A stretch of DNA of 64,000 nucleotides from NCBI GenBank assembly GCA_951406725.2, contig OX597823.1:61070001-61134000 (forward strand). The letters run 5' to 3'. Shown one piece after another: positions 63,981 through 64,000 of the stretch; position 1 is the stretch's first letter; each line of letters opens with the position of its first letter. Origin of the DNA: Octopus vulgaris. Taxonomy: Eukaryota. The position numbers were made by a program, and so were the translations under genes. The notes under the pieces are model-generated. The model was not told where the DNA came from. It was given only the letters and a program-made list of their open reading frames with translations, and did not search any database.

Positions 63981-64000
63981 CCTTTCTACTATAGGCACAA

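Overview
Eukaryotic, very AT-rich, microsatellite-dense, essentially non-coding genomic DNA. The repeat families (tRNA-derived SINEs with internal (TA)n/(TG)n tracts, a TTAA-flanked MITE, RTE and R4/Dong-type LINE remnants) look like those of an Octopus (coleoid cephalopod) genome; this is recognition, not a database result. No intact long protein-coding gene is visible, and nearly all listed ORFs are microsatellite or SINE translations. The window has three zones. (i) About 1-13 kb: moderate TE load. (ii) About 14.4-39.5 kb: strongly TE-poor and T-rich on the + strand, with many strong splice acceptors followed by very short stop-terminated frames (candidate alternative terminal mini-exons, including a CaaX-type tail CSVL* and a PDZ-ligand-like tail LEPV*), poly(A) signals and local hairpins. 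This is probably the 3' end of a + strand gene whose body lies upstream. (iii) About 47.5-64 kb: a pile-up of nested TEs. The most distinctive structures are hammerhead-ribozyme-bearing elements: a head-to-head palindrome whose arms each read tRNA-like Pol III head + (AAT)n + minimal hammerhead (54592-55163), a second long inverted-repeat element with a hammerhead core in each arm (51479-52356), and two solitary hammerhead-like motifs (39831-39898, 54374-54433). All coordinates were read by eye, and TE ends are approximate unless a TSD is given.
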